A DNA stretch of 64,000 nucleotides, from positions 18,080 to 82,079 of the forward strand of contig MHHG01000073.1 in NCBI GenBank assembly GCA_001805965.1, read 5' to 3'. The position numbers and the translations under genes were made by a program. The DNA comes from Omnitrophica WOR_2 bacterium RIFOXYA2_FULL_38_17 (lineage in GTDB: Bacteria > Omnitrophota > Gorgyraeia > Zapsychrales > Zapsychraceae). The number at the start of each line of letters is the position of its first letter. The first letter of the stretch is position 1. The notes beneath the pieces are model-generated. The model searched no databases. It saw nothing but the letters and a program-made list of their open reading frames with translations, and was not told where the DNA came from. Of this stretch, positions 38,960 through 49,134 are shown in pieces.

Positions 38960-41299
38960 TTAATTTATATCAACTCCCTGCCCAATCAATTTCAAATTCT
39001 CCAGCTCTTTTTTTACCGCTTCATCTTTCGGGTCTTGATTCAGGGCCTTTTGCAATTCTAACTTTGCATTTTCAATATCCCCTAAAGCTTTATAAGATAA
39101 CCCGATATTTTTGTATGCCTCAGCAAGATTTTTACCCGTGTTTAAAACCACTTTATAAGTATTCAAAGCTTCTTTTAATGCACCCTGCTCATAACAAATA
39201 TCCCCTATCTTTAAAATATCGATGGAACTGTTACGGTCCATGTTATGTGCTATCTTTAAATATTTATAAGAATCCGTGTATTGTTTGTTCTGCGCATAAG
39301 TCTTCGAAAGAAGAAAATACCACTTCGGGTCTTTTGGCCACAATTTTATCATTTCCTCATATTGCTTTATTGCCCCCTCATACTGTTTCAAGTCCACGTA
39401 TACTAAAGCAAAATTCTCCCTGAAACTTTGATCATTAGGAGAGAATATTGCCGCTTTCCTTAAATACTTAAAAGCAGCCTCAAATTTCTTATTCTTTGCA
39501 TATATTTTTCCGGTCAGGGCCAAAGCATCTGCATAATCAGGAGTGATCTCTACCGCCCTGTTAACTTCCTTCAACGCTGCCTTTCTGAAGCCTAAAGTGT
39601 CAAGCGTATAAGCCTTATAATAATTCCTGTATCCGTTCACTCTATCGTTAGCCAATTTAAAGAAATCAATATCTTCCACTTGCCACCTGCTTAGATCCAA
39701 CTCGTGTTTTTCTATAACCGCCCTGTTCTGAGGCACATCCTTTAAGAAGATAACCGCGTCATAATTCAAATAAACAAGCTTCCAATCCTTATGGTCATAT
39801 AAATAATTCAATAATTTAGGACGTATATGCTGTTTGACAGACCCTAAAAATACACCAGTTAAATTATACTGTTTTACGACCTTTTCAAAGGCCTCAAGGT
39901 CTTCACCTTTCCATATCCTGTGGTATTCCTTAAAAAACGCCCCACCATACACTTCAGTTCTTCCATCAATAAAAACCTTAATATCAGGAAAACATCTGCC
40001 AAGAAGATATGCCCCGGAATTAAAGTCATTAAAGAAATTCCCTTTTACTTTATTTTCAACAAGAAAATCAGCGCCCTTATCAGAAAAACTTCTCAGCCCT
40101 ATCCCTCCAAACTCACTCTTCCTTTCATATTTATCAAAATCATAATAACCTCTTGGCGCAACCCCGGCACAATATTGAAATATCCACGCTAAAAGAAGAA
40201 GGTTGCAAAATATCATTGTTATATACTGAAATTTCTTCTGGGTAAATCTCAGCGGAATAATTTCTTCAAATGAAAGACTGAACATATTCGTCACTAAAAC
40301 CAAATATGCAGCAAAGGCAAAATACACTGTGTTTCTTAACGCCTTGAGTGAGAAGATCAAAAAAATAATCCAAAACAGCAATGCGCTAACATCTATTCTT
40401 TTGCGGTTCAAGAAAAATGAGATGGCGGAAAAAAGCATTATGATCTTATAGAATATAAATTGACCGCCGATAAAAAGAGTATCACTTGTAATAGGTTTGG
40501 CAAGCTCCTGGATATAATCAAAGAAAACTTTATTCTCTCCCCCCAGAGAAAAGAACACGCCTATAGGATAAAAGGCTCCTTTAATAAATCCCGGATTTAT
40601 AAGACAAGCCAATAGCACAAAAACAAATATCTTCTTTAATCTGCCGAACTCATCATCAGTTAACCTTCCTGACTCATTCCACTCATATGGTAAAGGCACA
40701 TGCCTCTTTAACAGTTCTGCTGTGATTCCCAACAGAACAAATAACGGCCCGAAGAAAAAATAACCGTGCATGTTCGACCAAAGGACCTGAGCAATGAATA
40801 AAGTAAATACCGACCATCTCTTATCGATATGCAAAGCAAGAACATAAATATAGTAAACAAAGAAAAACAGGCTAAAAATATCAGGCCTTATCGTAAAGCG
40901 CTGCTGAAAAGTTAAATATGCAAGCAGAAGGAAAAATGTCGAGAATAACTGCTTATCCCTGTTGTACCCTATCAACACAAGCATGCCTAAGGTCAAGCCG
41001 GTAACTACGATCTGCATTTTTAAAAGCCCATCCGGCCCGAAATTATTGAAGAGATTATAAAGTATGACCTGAAAGAGCCATTCATGGTTCACCCAGGGTG
41101 CGCCGGCAATTGAACATGAAAGAAAATCCACGTTAGGAACATAACCGTGCTGGACAATATATTTTCCTGTCGCTAAATGCAGCCAAAGATCAAGGTCCTT
41201 AATCTCTATATTCGCGACATAAACTAAAAGCCCGAATAACGCGCCTACCGGCAATAAGCCTGCAATAAAGTGGGCTTTCTTCAATAATGAATCTCTCAT
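38960..41299 (-). CDS. Polytopic GT-C-like membrane protein with C-terminal TPR repeats
   Basis: DLWLHLATG, WVNHEWLFQV, RPDIFS, WSNMHG and VFIDGRTEVYG motifs, many TM helices, TPR tail. Confidence 0.75.
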   Translation of the reverse strand: MRDSLLKKAHFIAGLLPVGALFGLLVYVANIEIKDLDLWLHLATGKYIVQHGYVPNVDFLSCSIAGAPWVNHEWLFQVILYNLFNNFGPDGLLKMQIVVTGLTLGMLVLIGYNRDKQLFSTFFLLLAYLTFQQRFTIRPDIFSLFFFVYYIYVLALHIDKRWSVFTLFIAQVLWSNMHGYFFFGPLFVLLGITAELLKRHVPLPYEWNESGRLTDDEFGRLKKIFVFVLLACLINPGFIKGAFYPIGVFFSLGGENKVFFDYIQELAKPITSDTLFIGGQFIFYKIIMLFSAISFFLNRKRIDVSALLFWIIFLIFSLKALRNTVYFAFAAYLVLVTNMFSLSFEEIIPLRFTQKKFQYITMIFCNLLLLAWIFQYCAGVAPRGYYDFDKYERKSEFGGIGLRSFSDKGADFLVENKVKGNFFNDFNSGAYLLGRCFPDIKVFIDGRTEVYGGAFFKEYHRIWKGEDLEAFEKVVKQYNLTGVFLGSVKQHIRPKLLNYLYDHKDWKLVYLNYDAVIFLKDVPQNRAVIEKHELDLSRWQVEDIDFFKLANDRVNGYRNYYKAYTLDTLGFRKAALKEVNRAVEITPDYADALALTGKIYAKNKKFEAAFKYLRKAAIFSPNDQSFRENFALVYVDLKQYEGAIKQYEEMIKLWPKDPKWYFLLSKTYAQNKQYTDSYKYLKIAHNMDRNSSIDILKIGDICYEQGALKEALNTYKVVLNTGKNLAEAYKNIGLSYKALGDIENAKLELQKALNQDPKDEAVKKELENLKLIGQGVDIN

Positions 41300-41341
41300 T
41301 CGCCGACCTCTCTACGATTAATTCTTATCATTAATAAGATC

Positions 41342-43366
41342 TTATTTTCCAAGCGCAGAAAGCTTGCCTTCTAATTCAACAACCTCAGGAATGCTCCTTA
41401 GCTTCCCCTGAACCATTGATAATTGCTGCCTGGATTTATCAATCTCTCCGAGGTTAAAATATGTAAGCGCCAGTAAATATCTGGTCTCAGGGTCTTTCTG
41501 GTCTAAAAGTTTTGCTACTCTGAGTTTCTTGAACGCGTTTTCAAAATCACCGTTCTCAATATCAGCTTTTCCCAAGATCACATACAAATGTGAATAATAA
41601 GGAAAATACTTCAGGGCTTCTAACGCCTCTTCTTTAGCTTTCTCAACTTCACCCATATTTAACAGAGCATATGCTCTATTGGCATACCTGTAAGGAGTTA
41701 TGTTCTTCAGTCCCAACTTTGCGATATCAAGCCTTTGAGGCTCATAATCCTTAAGATCGATCCTGAATTTATCTATTACCTGCCGATTTTTTTCAACGTC
41801 CTTAAGAAAGACCACTGCATCATAATCGAAATATACCAATACCCATTCGGGTGATCTATAAATATGTTTTACTATCTTTGCATAGGAAGGGTCATAAAGT
41901 AAATTAAGAAAGGCGCCTGTCAGATCGAATTTCTTCTGAAATCTATCAAAGGTCTCGCTATCACCCTCAATCGTCTTTCTATACAGCTGAAAGAACGTTG
42001 AACCATATACTTCAGTTCTTCCATCTATAAAGACCTTAATATTAGGGAACGTGCGCCCGATCAAATAAGCCCCTGAATTAAAATCATTAAAGATCCCGCC
42101 TTTAATATTATTCTCAACAATAAAATCTACTGCTTTCTCGGGAAAATTATGTTTTGAAACTCCTCCATATTCGCTCTTTCGTTCATACTTATCAAAATCA
42201 AAATACCCCTGCAAAGAAAATGCATCAATAGTTTTGATCATATGATTGATCATCAGCAGATTTATCAAGATCATGCAAACCAGTTTCATACGTTTACCAG
42301 AAACCACAGGCGGTATCAATTTATCATAATCAACATACTGCATATTGATGACCACAACAAAAAAAGCGACAAAGCTAAAGAAAACCATATTTCTGACAGC
42401 ATTTAGCGAAAAAAACAAAAATATCAACCATACAAACAACACGCTCAGGTCTATCTTTTTTATATTGAACAAAAAGCTTAAAGCAGAAATAACGATCAAT
42501 ATCTTGTAGTAAGGATATTCACCCGGCGAAAAAATCGTATTAAGGCTGATAGGCTTTGCTAGCTCAGTGATGTGTTCAAAAAATACTTTTGAATCCCCTG
42601 ATAAAGAGAACATAACCTTTAAAGGATAGATGAAGCCCACGATAGAATGCGGATTGACAAGGCACGATGCTGTTACTACCCAAAAAGCCAACTTAATATT
42701 TCCATATTCCTCATTATCAAGACGGCCTATATTGTTCCATTCAAAACATAGCGGGACTTTTCTCTTTATTATCTCAGACAGGATTCCTATCAAAAGCACG
42801 GCTGGCCCAAGGATGAAATACCCGTGAATATTACACCAGGCAATTTGAATGATAGCCAAAAGCCATATTGTGCTTTTCTTTTGCATTCTCGATGACAAAA
42901 AAAAGAAAAATACAGATAGAAATAAAAGGCTGAATATCTCGGGGCGGATCGTCATTCTGTTCTGAGCAACCATCAGGACCAAATACAATAAGAGCACGGG
43001 CAAAGTCAGCCGCTCGATATCAAAAACAGCAAAGAGAAAGACAAAAAATATCAAAGTAAACAAAACCACCCTTAGCATTATCAAGCCTTCAATGCCGCCA
43101 AGCTTATAAACATTGAACACTGTTATCTGGAACAGCCACTCGTGGTTACTCCACGACTTATCCTTTAATGTAGATGACAGAATGTCAACATTTGGGACTG
43201 ACCCGGTTTCGCTGATATATTTACCCACGCCTAAATGCAGCCAAAGGTCATGGTCCTTGATCTCAAGGTTTGCAGAGAATATTATCAGTCCGAACAGGAC
43301 AAGAAGCGCTATCAAGCCTGTTGAAGTATTTATTTTTTCATAAAACCATTCAGACATTTTATACAT
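41342..43366 (-). CDS. Polytopic GT-C-like membrane protein with TPR repeats, tandem paralog of 38960-41299
   Basis: Same motifs (DLWLHLGVG, WSNHEWLFQ, RPEIFS, WCNIHG, GYFDFDKYERKSEYGG, VFIDGRTEVYG); start at 43366 or 43357. Confidence 0.75.
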   Translation of the reverse strand: MYKMSEWFYEKINTSTGLIALLVLFGLIIFSANLEIKDHDLWLHLGVGKYISETGSVPNVDILSSTLKDKSWSNHEWLFQITVFNVYKLGGIEGLIMLRVVLFTLIFFVFLFAVFDIERLTLPVLLLYLVLMVAQNRMTIRPEIFSLLFLSVFFFFLSSRMQKKSTIWLLAIIQIAWCNIHGYFILGPAVLLIGILSEIIKRKVPLCFEWNNIGRLDNEEYGNIKLAFWVVTASCLVNPHSIVGFIYPLKVMFSLSGDSKVFFEHITELAKPISLNTIFSPGEYPYYKILIVISALSFLFNIKKIDLSVLFVWLIFLFFSLNAVRNMVFFSFVAFFVVVINMQYVDYDKLIPPVVSGKRMKLVCMILINLLMINHMIKTIDAFSLQGYFDFDKYERKSEYGGVSKHNFPEKAVDFIVENNIKGGIFNDFNSGAYLIGRTFPNIKVFIDGRTEVYGSTFFQLYRKTIEGDSETFDRFQKKFDLTGAFLNLLYDPSYAKIVKHIYRSPEWVLVYFDYDAVVFLKDVEKNRQVIDKFRIDLKDYEPQRLDIAKLGLKNITPYRYANRAYALLNMGEVEKAKEEALEALKYFPYYSHLYVILGKADIENGDFENAFKKLRVAKLLDQKDPETRYLLALTYFNLGEIDKSRQQLSMVQGKLRSIPEVVELEGKLSALGK

Positions 43367-43390
43367 AGGGGCCAAGTCTCGACTTGCCCC
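43365..43390 (+). repeat. REP-like palindrome, copy 1 (ATAGGGGnCAAGTCTCGACTTGnC)
   Basis: ataggggccaagtctcgacttgcccc; near-identical copies at 49135 and 49247. Confidence 0.75.
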
Positions 43391-43400
43391 ACCCCCAATA

Positions 43401-44270
43401 TTATTTTAGAAGAAAATGATTCCTGCCCATATCAACAAGACGCATTTCATCATTAAACTCTATCTTGGCACTACCCTTTACCGATCTATACTCAACAGAA
43501 GCAGCCAGCAGTTCTTTTGTATAAGGATGAAGCGGATCTTTAAAAATATCATCAGCTGATGCCAGTTCAACTATTTTTCCTTTATACATAACAGCGATCT
43601 TCTGACATATCTTCTGCACTACCTTCAAGTTATGGGATATAAACAAATATGTCAGATCATACCTCTTTCTAAGGTCCGCCAGAAGATCTACGATCTGCTT
43701 TTGTATTATAACATCCAGGGAAGAAACAGCCTCATCAAGAATCAATAATTTTGGATTAAGGACCAGCGATCTTGCAATTGCGATTCTTTGCCTTTCCCCC
43801 CCGCTAAATTCATGAGGATAACGCTCCAATATATCTCTATTCAGGTTTACTGCTGCGAACGTTTCAAATATTCTCTCTCTTCTGGTACTTTTTGAACACC
43901 ACTCTCCCTTGCCCAGGGTAAAACCCTCTTCCATAATATTCTCAATAGTGAATCGGGGATCCAGGCTGCTGTAAGGGTCCTGAAAAACCATCTGCATATT
44001 ACGGCGGGCGTGCTTTAATTTTGCAGAAGATCCCTTCGTTATATCAACGCCATTAAACAAAATACTTCCTGAATCAGATTTAAGAAGCCTCAACACAATT
44101 CGCGCCAGTGTTGTCTTACCGCATCCGGACTCACCGACAAGCCCTATGTTCTCTCCCTGATTTATGACAAGGTCCACATTATCAACAGCCTTGACACATG
44201 ACCTGTTCTCGCCAAAGACCCCTGTCTTTTGATAAAAACTCTTTTTTATGTTCTTGATCTCTAATAGCAT
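43401..44270 (-). CDS. oppF: Peptide/nickel ABC transporter ATP-binding protein (OppF-like)
   Basis: GESGCGKT, MVFQDP, YPHEFSGGERQR and HPYT. Confidence 0.85.
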   Translation of the reverse strand: MLLEIKNIKKSFYQKTGVFGENRSCVKAVDNVDLVINQGENIGLVGESGCGKTTLARIVLRLLKSDSGSILFNGVDITKGSSAKLKHARRNMQMVFQDPYSSLDPRFTIENIMEEGFTLGKGEWCSKSTRRERIFETFAAVNLNRDILERYPHEFSGGERQRIAIARSLVLNPKLLILDEAVSSLDVIIQKQIVDLLADLRKRYDLTYLFISHNLKVVQKICQKIAVMYKGKIVELASADDIFKDPLHPYTKELLAASVEYRSVKGSAKIEFNDEMRLVDMGRNHFLLK

Positions 44271-44277
44271 AATATTA

Positions 44278-45057
44278 TTAAGAACAGCTCAGTAACGCCT
44301 CGGTATATTTATCCTTGGGTGACCTCATAACTTCATCGGTTTTTCCAGTTTCAACTATTTTGCCGTTCGTCATGACGGCAATAGAATCGCAAAGATGGCT
44401 GACAACACCAAGGTCATGTGTTATTAATAAAATTGACAAGTTAAGTTTTTTATTAAGATCCTGAAACAATTCAATTATCTTTGCCTGAACAGTAACATCC
44501 AGATTGCTTGTAGGCTCGTCAGCAATTAACAGCTTTGGCTCTGTGGCTATCGCCTGAGCTATCATTGCACGCTGTCGCATACCACCGCTTAATTGGTGCG
44601 GGTAATTCTCATATATTTTATCCGGATAAGGCAAGCCAACCATATCAATAAGCTCGAGCACTTTCGCTTTTCTCTTATTAACATCTAGCCTGGTATGAAA
44701 TCTTAAAACTTCATTTATTTGCTCTCCGACCCTAAAAACAGGATTAAAAGCATACAAAGGCTCCTGAAAGACCATTCCTATCTTCTTGCCTCTTATCTCA
44801 CGCATTTTAGACCCTGAATATGTCAACAAATTGTAGCCTTCAAACAATATTTCCCCGCCATCTATTTTTAAAGCAGCTGCCAACAACCTGATGATCGACA
44901 AGCCGATCGTGGTTTTCCCGCTGCCTGACCCGCCGACAAGGCCAACAATACTGTTCTCAGCAATAGATAGGCTGACTTTATCTACAATGTTCTTGGACTG
45001 CTCTCCCTGTTTTACGCTGACTATCAGGTTCTGGATTTTTATTATTTTAGGCACCAT
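44278..45057 (-). CDS. oppD: Peptide/nickel ABC transporter ATP-binding protein (OppD-like)
   Basis: GGSGSGKT, YPHQLSGGMRQR, ADEPT and ITHDL. Confidence 0.85.
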   Translation of the reverse strand: MVPKIIKIQNLIVSVKQGEQSKNIVDKVSLSIAENSIVGLVGGSGSGKTTIGLSIIRLLAAALKIDGGEILFEGYNLLTYSGSKMREIRGKKIGMVFQEPLYAFNPVFRVGEQINEVLRFHTRLDVNKRKAKVLELIDMVGLPYPDKIYENYPHQLSGGMRQRAMIAQAIATEPKLLIADEPTSNLDVTVQAKIIELFQDLNKKLNLSILLITHDLGVVSHLCDSIAVMTNGKIVETGKTDEVMRSPKDKYTEALLSCS

Positions 45058-46150
45058 CTACTTCACCCCTTAATAGCGGATCCAGGCAATCCCTTAATGT
45101 ATCGCCAACAACGTTAAAACAAATAACCGTCAGGAAGATCATAAAACCCGGCATCAATATCCATGGATGCATCTGAATGTGAGCTATCGCCATTGCATCG
45201 CTCAGCATATTTCCCCAACTTGCTATCGGGTCCTGTATGCCTAATCCTATCAAACTAAGCGCAGCCTCACCTAAAATATATCCCGGAATCGAAAGCATAA
45301 TAGCTACGATTGAATAGCTGACCGTATGTGGCAGAATATGTCGTATAATGATTTTAAGGTCAGATACACCAGCAGCTTTTGCAGCCAGCACATATTCACG
45401 CTCACGAAGTGTGATGCTCATGCCTCTTATGATCCTTGCTAAAGATGCCCACCCTATAAATGACAAAATAACAACTATTGCAAGATAAACCTGGAACGAG
45501 TTAAAGCTGTCAGGAACTGCCGAACGAAGCGCAAGCATCAAATAAAATCCCGGGACCATCATGAACATTTCGCACAGACGCATAATAATATTATCAATCT
45601 TACCCCCGTAATATCCGGCAACACCTCCGATAAGCAAACCTAAAGTAAAAGAGATCGATACGCCAATAAGCCCTATTGATAATGAAATACGTGCCCCGTA
45701 GATCAACCTGGAAAATATATCGCGCCCGCGTACATCCGCTCCCATAATGTATAAACGTCCCGGAGAATCAACTCCAAAAAGATGCCTGTCTGTTTTCAAC
45801 AGTCCTAATAATTTATATGCATCACCCTTATTGAATAGATGGAAATAACATTTAGTATTATCTTTCTCCACATAGGTCCTTTTATGATATTCATCGAAGT
45901 TAAAAGATAATTCCCTCACAAATGGCCAGCTAAATCTTCCATTCTCATCAACAAAATGCACTTTTGATAATGAAGCATAAGAATAATCCCTCGCTTCACT
46001 GTCATAAGTATACGGCGCAATAAAATCCGCGAATATCGCCCCAAAATATAAGATCCCAAGTATCGCAAGACATACTATCCCGCGCCTTGACCTTTTAAAC
46101 TCCGACAAAGCAAGAGCAAATTGACTTTTTGATTTAAATTGTTTGTTCAT
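45047..46150 (-). CDS. oppC: Peptide ABC transporter permease (OppC-like)
   Basis: GADVRGRDIFSRLIYGARISL, EAA loop EYVLAAKAAG and SWGNML. Confidence 0.85.
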   Translation of the reverse strand: MNKQFKSKSQFALALSEFKRSRRGIVCLAILGILYFGAIFADFIAPYTYDSEARDYSYASLSKVHFVDENGRFSWPFVRELSFNFDEYHKRTYVEKDNTKCYFHLFNKGDAYKLLGLLKTDRHLFGVDSPGRLYIMGADVRGRDIFSRLIYGARISLSIGLIGVSISFTLGLLIGGVAGYYGGKIDNIIMRLCEMFMMVPGFYLMLALRSAVPDSFNSFQVYLAIVVILSFIGWASLARIIRGMSITLREREYVLAAKAAGVSDLKIIIRHILPHTVSYSIVAIMLSIPGYILGEAALSLIGLGIQDPIASWGNMLSDAMAIAHIQMHPWILMPGFMIFLTVICFNVVGDTLRDCLDPLLRGEVDGA

Positions 46151-46160
46151 AGTGACATAT

Positions 46161-46270
46161 AATTGTTGTCTTAAGTTCGCTAATGTTAGCTAAAGTTCGC
46201 TGAGGTTAATTGTTCTTATTAAGTAAATTTTTTAACTTAAGACAACCTTTGCTAACATTAGCCAACCTCT
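46161..46270. repeat. Inverted 10-bp-period tandem repeat element, copy 1
   Basis: Left units aattgttgtc/ttaagttcgc/taatgttagc/taaagttcgc/tgaggttaat; right arm is the reverse-complement series (gctaacatta, gccaacctct...). Confidence 0.75.
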
Positions 46271-47237
46271 ATTTATCATACCTAATTCTCGGATCACTCC
46301 AAGCCAATAAAATATCTGCGATCAAATTTCCTAATAAAAGTAAAACTCCACCCATTAACATACTCGACATAACCAAATAAACATCCTTAGCCCTTACTGC
46401 GGTAAGCATCAGCGAACCCAGTCCGGGCCAATTACAAATGATCTCAATAAGCGCCGCCCCGCCTAGTAAGCTTGATAGCTCATATCCGAACAATGTGATC
46501 AAAGGATTAATGGCATTTCTCAATGCATGGACATAAATAACCCTGTTTTCAGGCAGACCCTTCGCCCTTGCGGTCAAAATATATTGCTGCCTCAAAGTCT
46601 CTAAAAAGTTACCTCTCATGATCCTCTGAAGACTGGCAATAGAACCCAAAGATATCACAACCGTTGGGATGATCAAGTGCCTCAGAAGATCTATTATTTT
46701 TCCCATAAAAGTCAGATCATCAAAATTAGCGCTGTACATCCCTCCCAACGGGAAAATGCCGCTTCGGCTTGCAAAGAAAAGCAGCAACATAGCAAGGAAA
46801 AAACTGGGGATAGATAGGCAGATAAATGAAACCATCGATAATGTTTTATCAATAATACGATTACGATTCACTGCAGCTAAAATACCCAATGGTATCGCAA
46901 CTGCCCATGTCAAGACCATGCTGGCAAAGGATAAAATAAAAGTATTAAATAACCGTCCTGAAAGTATCTTTGAAACCGGCACATTGTAAAAGAATGAATA
47001 CCCGAATTCCAGATGAACGATATTTTTTAGCCAATGCAAATACTGCTGAAGCAAAGGCTTATCGAGCTGATACAGCTCTTCGTACCTAGCCAGAGTCTCT
47101 TCAGATATCTGCGGGTCCATTCTCAATGTATCAAAAAAGTTGCCTGGAGTTATATGCATCAAATAAAATGTAAGCAGGCTCATCACAAGCAGCAATGGAA
47201 TAGAAACTAAGATTCTTTTAATAATGTATTTAAACAT
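46269..47237 (-). CDS. oppB: Peptide ABC transporter permease (OppB-like)
   Basis: MFKYIIKR, LDKPLLQQY, YILTARAKGL, HALRNA, WPGLG and DPRIR. Confidence 0.85.
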   Translation of the reverse strand: MFKYIIKRILVSIPLLLVMSLLTFYLMHITPGNFFDTLRMDPQISEETLARYEELYQLDKPLLQQYLHWLKNIVHLEFGYSFFYNVPVSKILSGRLFNTFILSFASMVLTWAVAIPLGILAAVNRNRIIDKTLSMVSFICLSIPSFFLAMLLLFFASRSGIFPLGGMYSANFDDLTFMGKIIDLLRHLIIPTVVISLGSIASLQRIMRGNFLETLRQQYILTARAKGLPENRVIYVHALRNAINPLITLFGYELSSLLGGAALIEIICNWPGLGSLMLTAVRAKDVYLVMSSMLMGGVLLLLGNLIADILLAWSDPRIRYDK

Positions 47238-47263
47238 AATTTATTGATCTAAAAATAAACTTA

Positions 47264-47381
47264 TAATGTTAGCAGAGGTTAGCTAAGGTTTGCTTATGTT
47301 CGCTTAGGTTAATTAGTCATGTTTAAGCAAATCTTTAACCTAAGCCAACCTTTTCCAACTTTAGCCAACATAAGCCAACCT
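47264..47381. repeat. Inverted 10-bp-period tandem repeat element, copy 2
   Basis: Left units taatgttagc/agaggttagc/taaggtttgc/ttatgttcgc/ttaggttaat; right units gccaacc/tccaact/gccaaca/gccaacc at 10-bp spacing; core similar to copy 1. Confidence 0.75.
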
Positions 47382-47382
47382 G

Positions 47383-49131
47383 TTACCTGTATTCTTCCCT
47401 AATTATCAATTCATCCAAATTATGGAACAATCCGCCAAACTTGGTCGGGTTTAGATTTTCAAACTTATTCCTTACCGAATATAACCGAGATGATAATACT
47501 GTATAGATCATAGGAAGCTTTTGTGAAATGATCCTCTGGAACTCATCATACAACTGCTTCCTTTTATTCTCATCCAATTCCTGCACTCCTTGATTGAATA
47601 TCTCATCTATCCTGGCTTCCCAGTCTGTTGCCGGTGATTCCTGACGAGGGTACCACATATGAAGGTTTCCTTTGGAATCCCAGACATTCTTTCCAAAATG
47701 AGGCTCTATGCCTCCTGTTAGCCCTAATACCACCGCCTCCCACTCATAAGTGGATGTCAATTTACTCACTATATTATTAAACTCTAATACGAGAAAGTTC
47801 ACCTTCATTCCAATAGCCTGCAGATCGGAACGAATTATAGAAGCTATTAAAACCCTCGGATCACCCATACCGCCGTTTGTATACAGATTAAATTCAAGAA
47901 CATTTCCTTTTGTATCCTCTAAATAACCATCACCATCTCTATCAATAAATCCCTGGGATCTCAAAATGGCTCTTGCCTTATCAAGATCATAATCATATTC
48001 CGTAACATCAGGATTATAATAAAATCCCGCGCTGGGGCTCATTGAGGAATATTGGGGATAGCCGAATCCGTTCATTACCATTTCAACGATCCTCTGTTTA
48101 TCAATAGCATGCGCGACAGCTTTCCTAAACTCAACGTTGGTAAACCATTCCAGTTTATAATCTTCAACATACGGTTTATTAGTTTGAGCATTTGTCCCTC
48201 TGTTCTGGTTAAAGAAAATAAAATTTGAACCAAATGCGGGCCCAATGTCCAAGACTTCATAATCGCCCCTCTTTTCATTAGGCTTCACAAGAGGATAATC
48301 CTGCGCACGTATTGCTACAGCGTCAAGCTCACCATCAAGGAACTTTAACAACTCAACATCCTGGCTCTGCACGATCAAATAAACGACCTTTTCAATGTAT
48401 GGAAGTCGGTCACCAGAATCCGATCTTTTCCAGTAATTCGGATTTCTTCTATACATGAGCCTTTGCCCAGGCTTATAATCAGTCAAAATATATGCACCCG
48501 TGCCGATGATCTCTTTCGGATCCGTATCTATACCCCATGTAAAATTGAATTTTCCGGCATCAACAGCGTTTTTAAGCCTATGCTTTGGCAGGATCGACTG
48601 CCCCATGCTTCTTAAAAAGGGCGCAAACTTAACAGGCAGGGTAAATCTGACCGTCAGGTCATCCACTTTTTCCACGTTGAATTTATTTCCGTCAACTGAG
48701 AAAATATCGCTGGCCGAGTTAGGGACTGTTTCATTGTATATCAGGTCGTTGAATGTGAAGACAACATCATCCGCGGTGAATTGCTTTCCGTCAAACCAAA
48801 GAACATCATCACGAAGATGAAAGGTCCAAATCAGCCCGTCACTTGATACATCCCAGCTTTGCGCCAAGTTAGGCTCAACCTCGCCTGTAATGCCATTGGT
48901 CCTGGTTAAACCTTCGAACAACATATTAGTTACATCCGTCGTTGAGGTTTCCTTGGCTAGAATATCATTGAATGACTTTGGATCGCTCGTTGTTGACAGG
49001 ACAAGAGTCCCGCCATATTTATCATTAGGAACATCAGCGAAAACATTTGAAGAGATAATTGAACCAAGAATGGAAAAGAATGCGAACAAGCAGATCGAAG
49101 AGAGAAAATTCTTTTTCTTATTTTTGTGCAT
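47383..49131 (-). CDS. oppA: Peptide ABC transporter substrate-binding protein (family 5)
   Basis: YGGTL, DPKSFN, LFEGL, PNLAQSW, LRDDV.W.DG..FTADDV.FT and RNPNYW; likely start MHKNKKK at 49131. Confidence 0.85.
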   Translation of the reverse strand: MHKNKKKNFLSSICLFAFFSILGSIISSNVFADVPNDKYGGTLVLSTTSDPKSFNDILAKETSTTDVTNMLFEGLTRTNGITGEVEPNLAQSWDVSSDGLIWTFHLRDDVLWFDGKQFTADDVVFTFNDLIYNETVPNSASDIFSVDGNKFNVEKVDDLTVRFTLPVKFAPFLRSMGQSILPKHRLKNAVDAGKFNFTWGIDTDPKEIIGTGAYILTDYKPGQRLMYRRNPNYWKRSDSGDRLPYIEKVVYLIVQSQDVELLKFLDGELDAVAIRAQDYPLVKPNEKRGDYEVLDIGPAFGSNFIFFNQNRGTNAQTNKPYVEDYKLEWFTNVEFRKAVAHAIDKQRIVEMVMNGFGYPQYSSMSPSAGFYYNPDVTEYDYDLDKARAILRSQGFIDRDGDGYLEDTKGNVLEFNLYTNGGMGDPRVLIASIIRSDLQAIGMKVNFLVLEFNNIVSKLTSTYEWEAVVLGLTGGIEPHFGKNVWDSKGNLHMWYPRQESPATDWEARIDEIFNQGVQELDENKRKQLYDEFQRIISQKLPMIYTVLSSRLYSVRNKFENLNPTKFGGLFHNLDELIIREEYR

Positions 49132-49134
49132 AGT

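Noticed and set aside
46161-47381. Periodic repeats as a CRISPR array
   Set aside because: Units are 10 bp, degenerate and inverted, with no unique spacers and no cas genes in the window.
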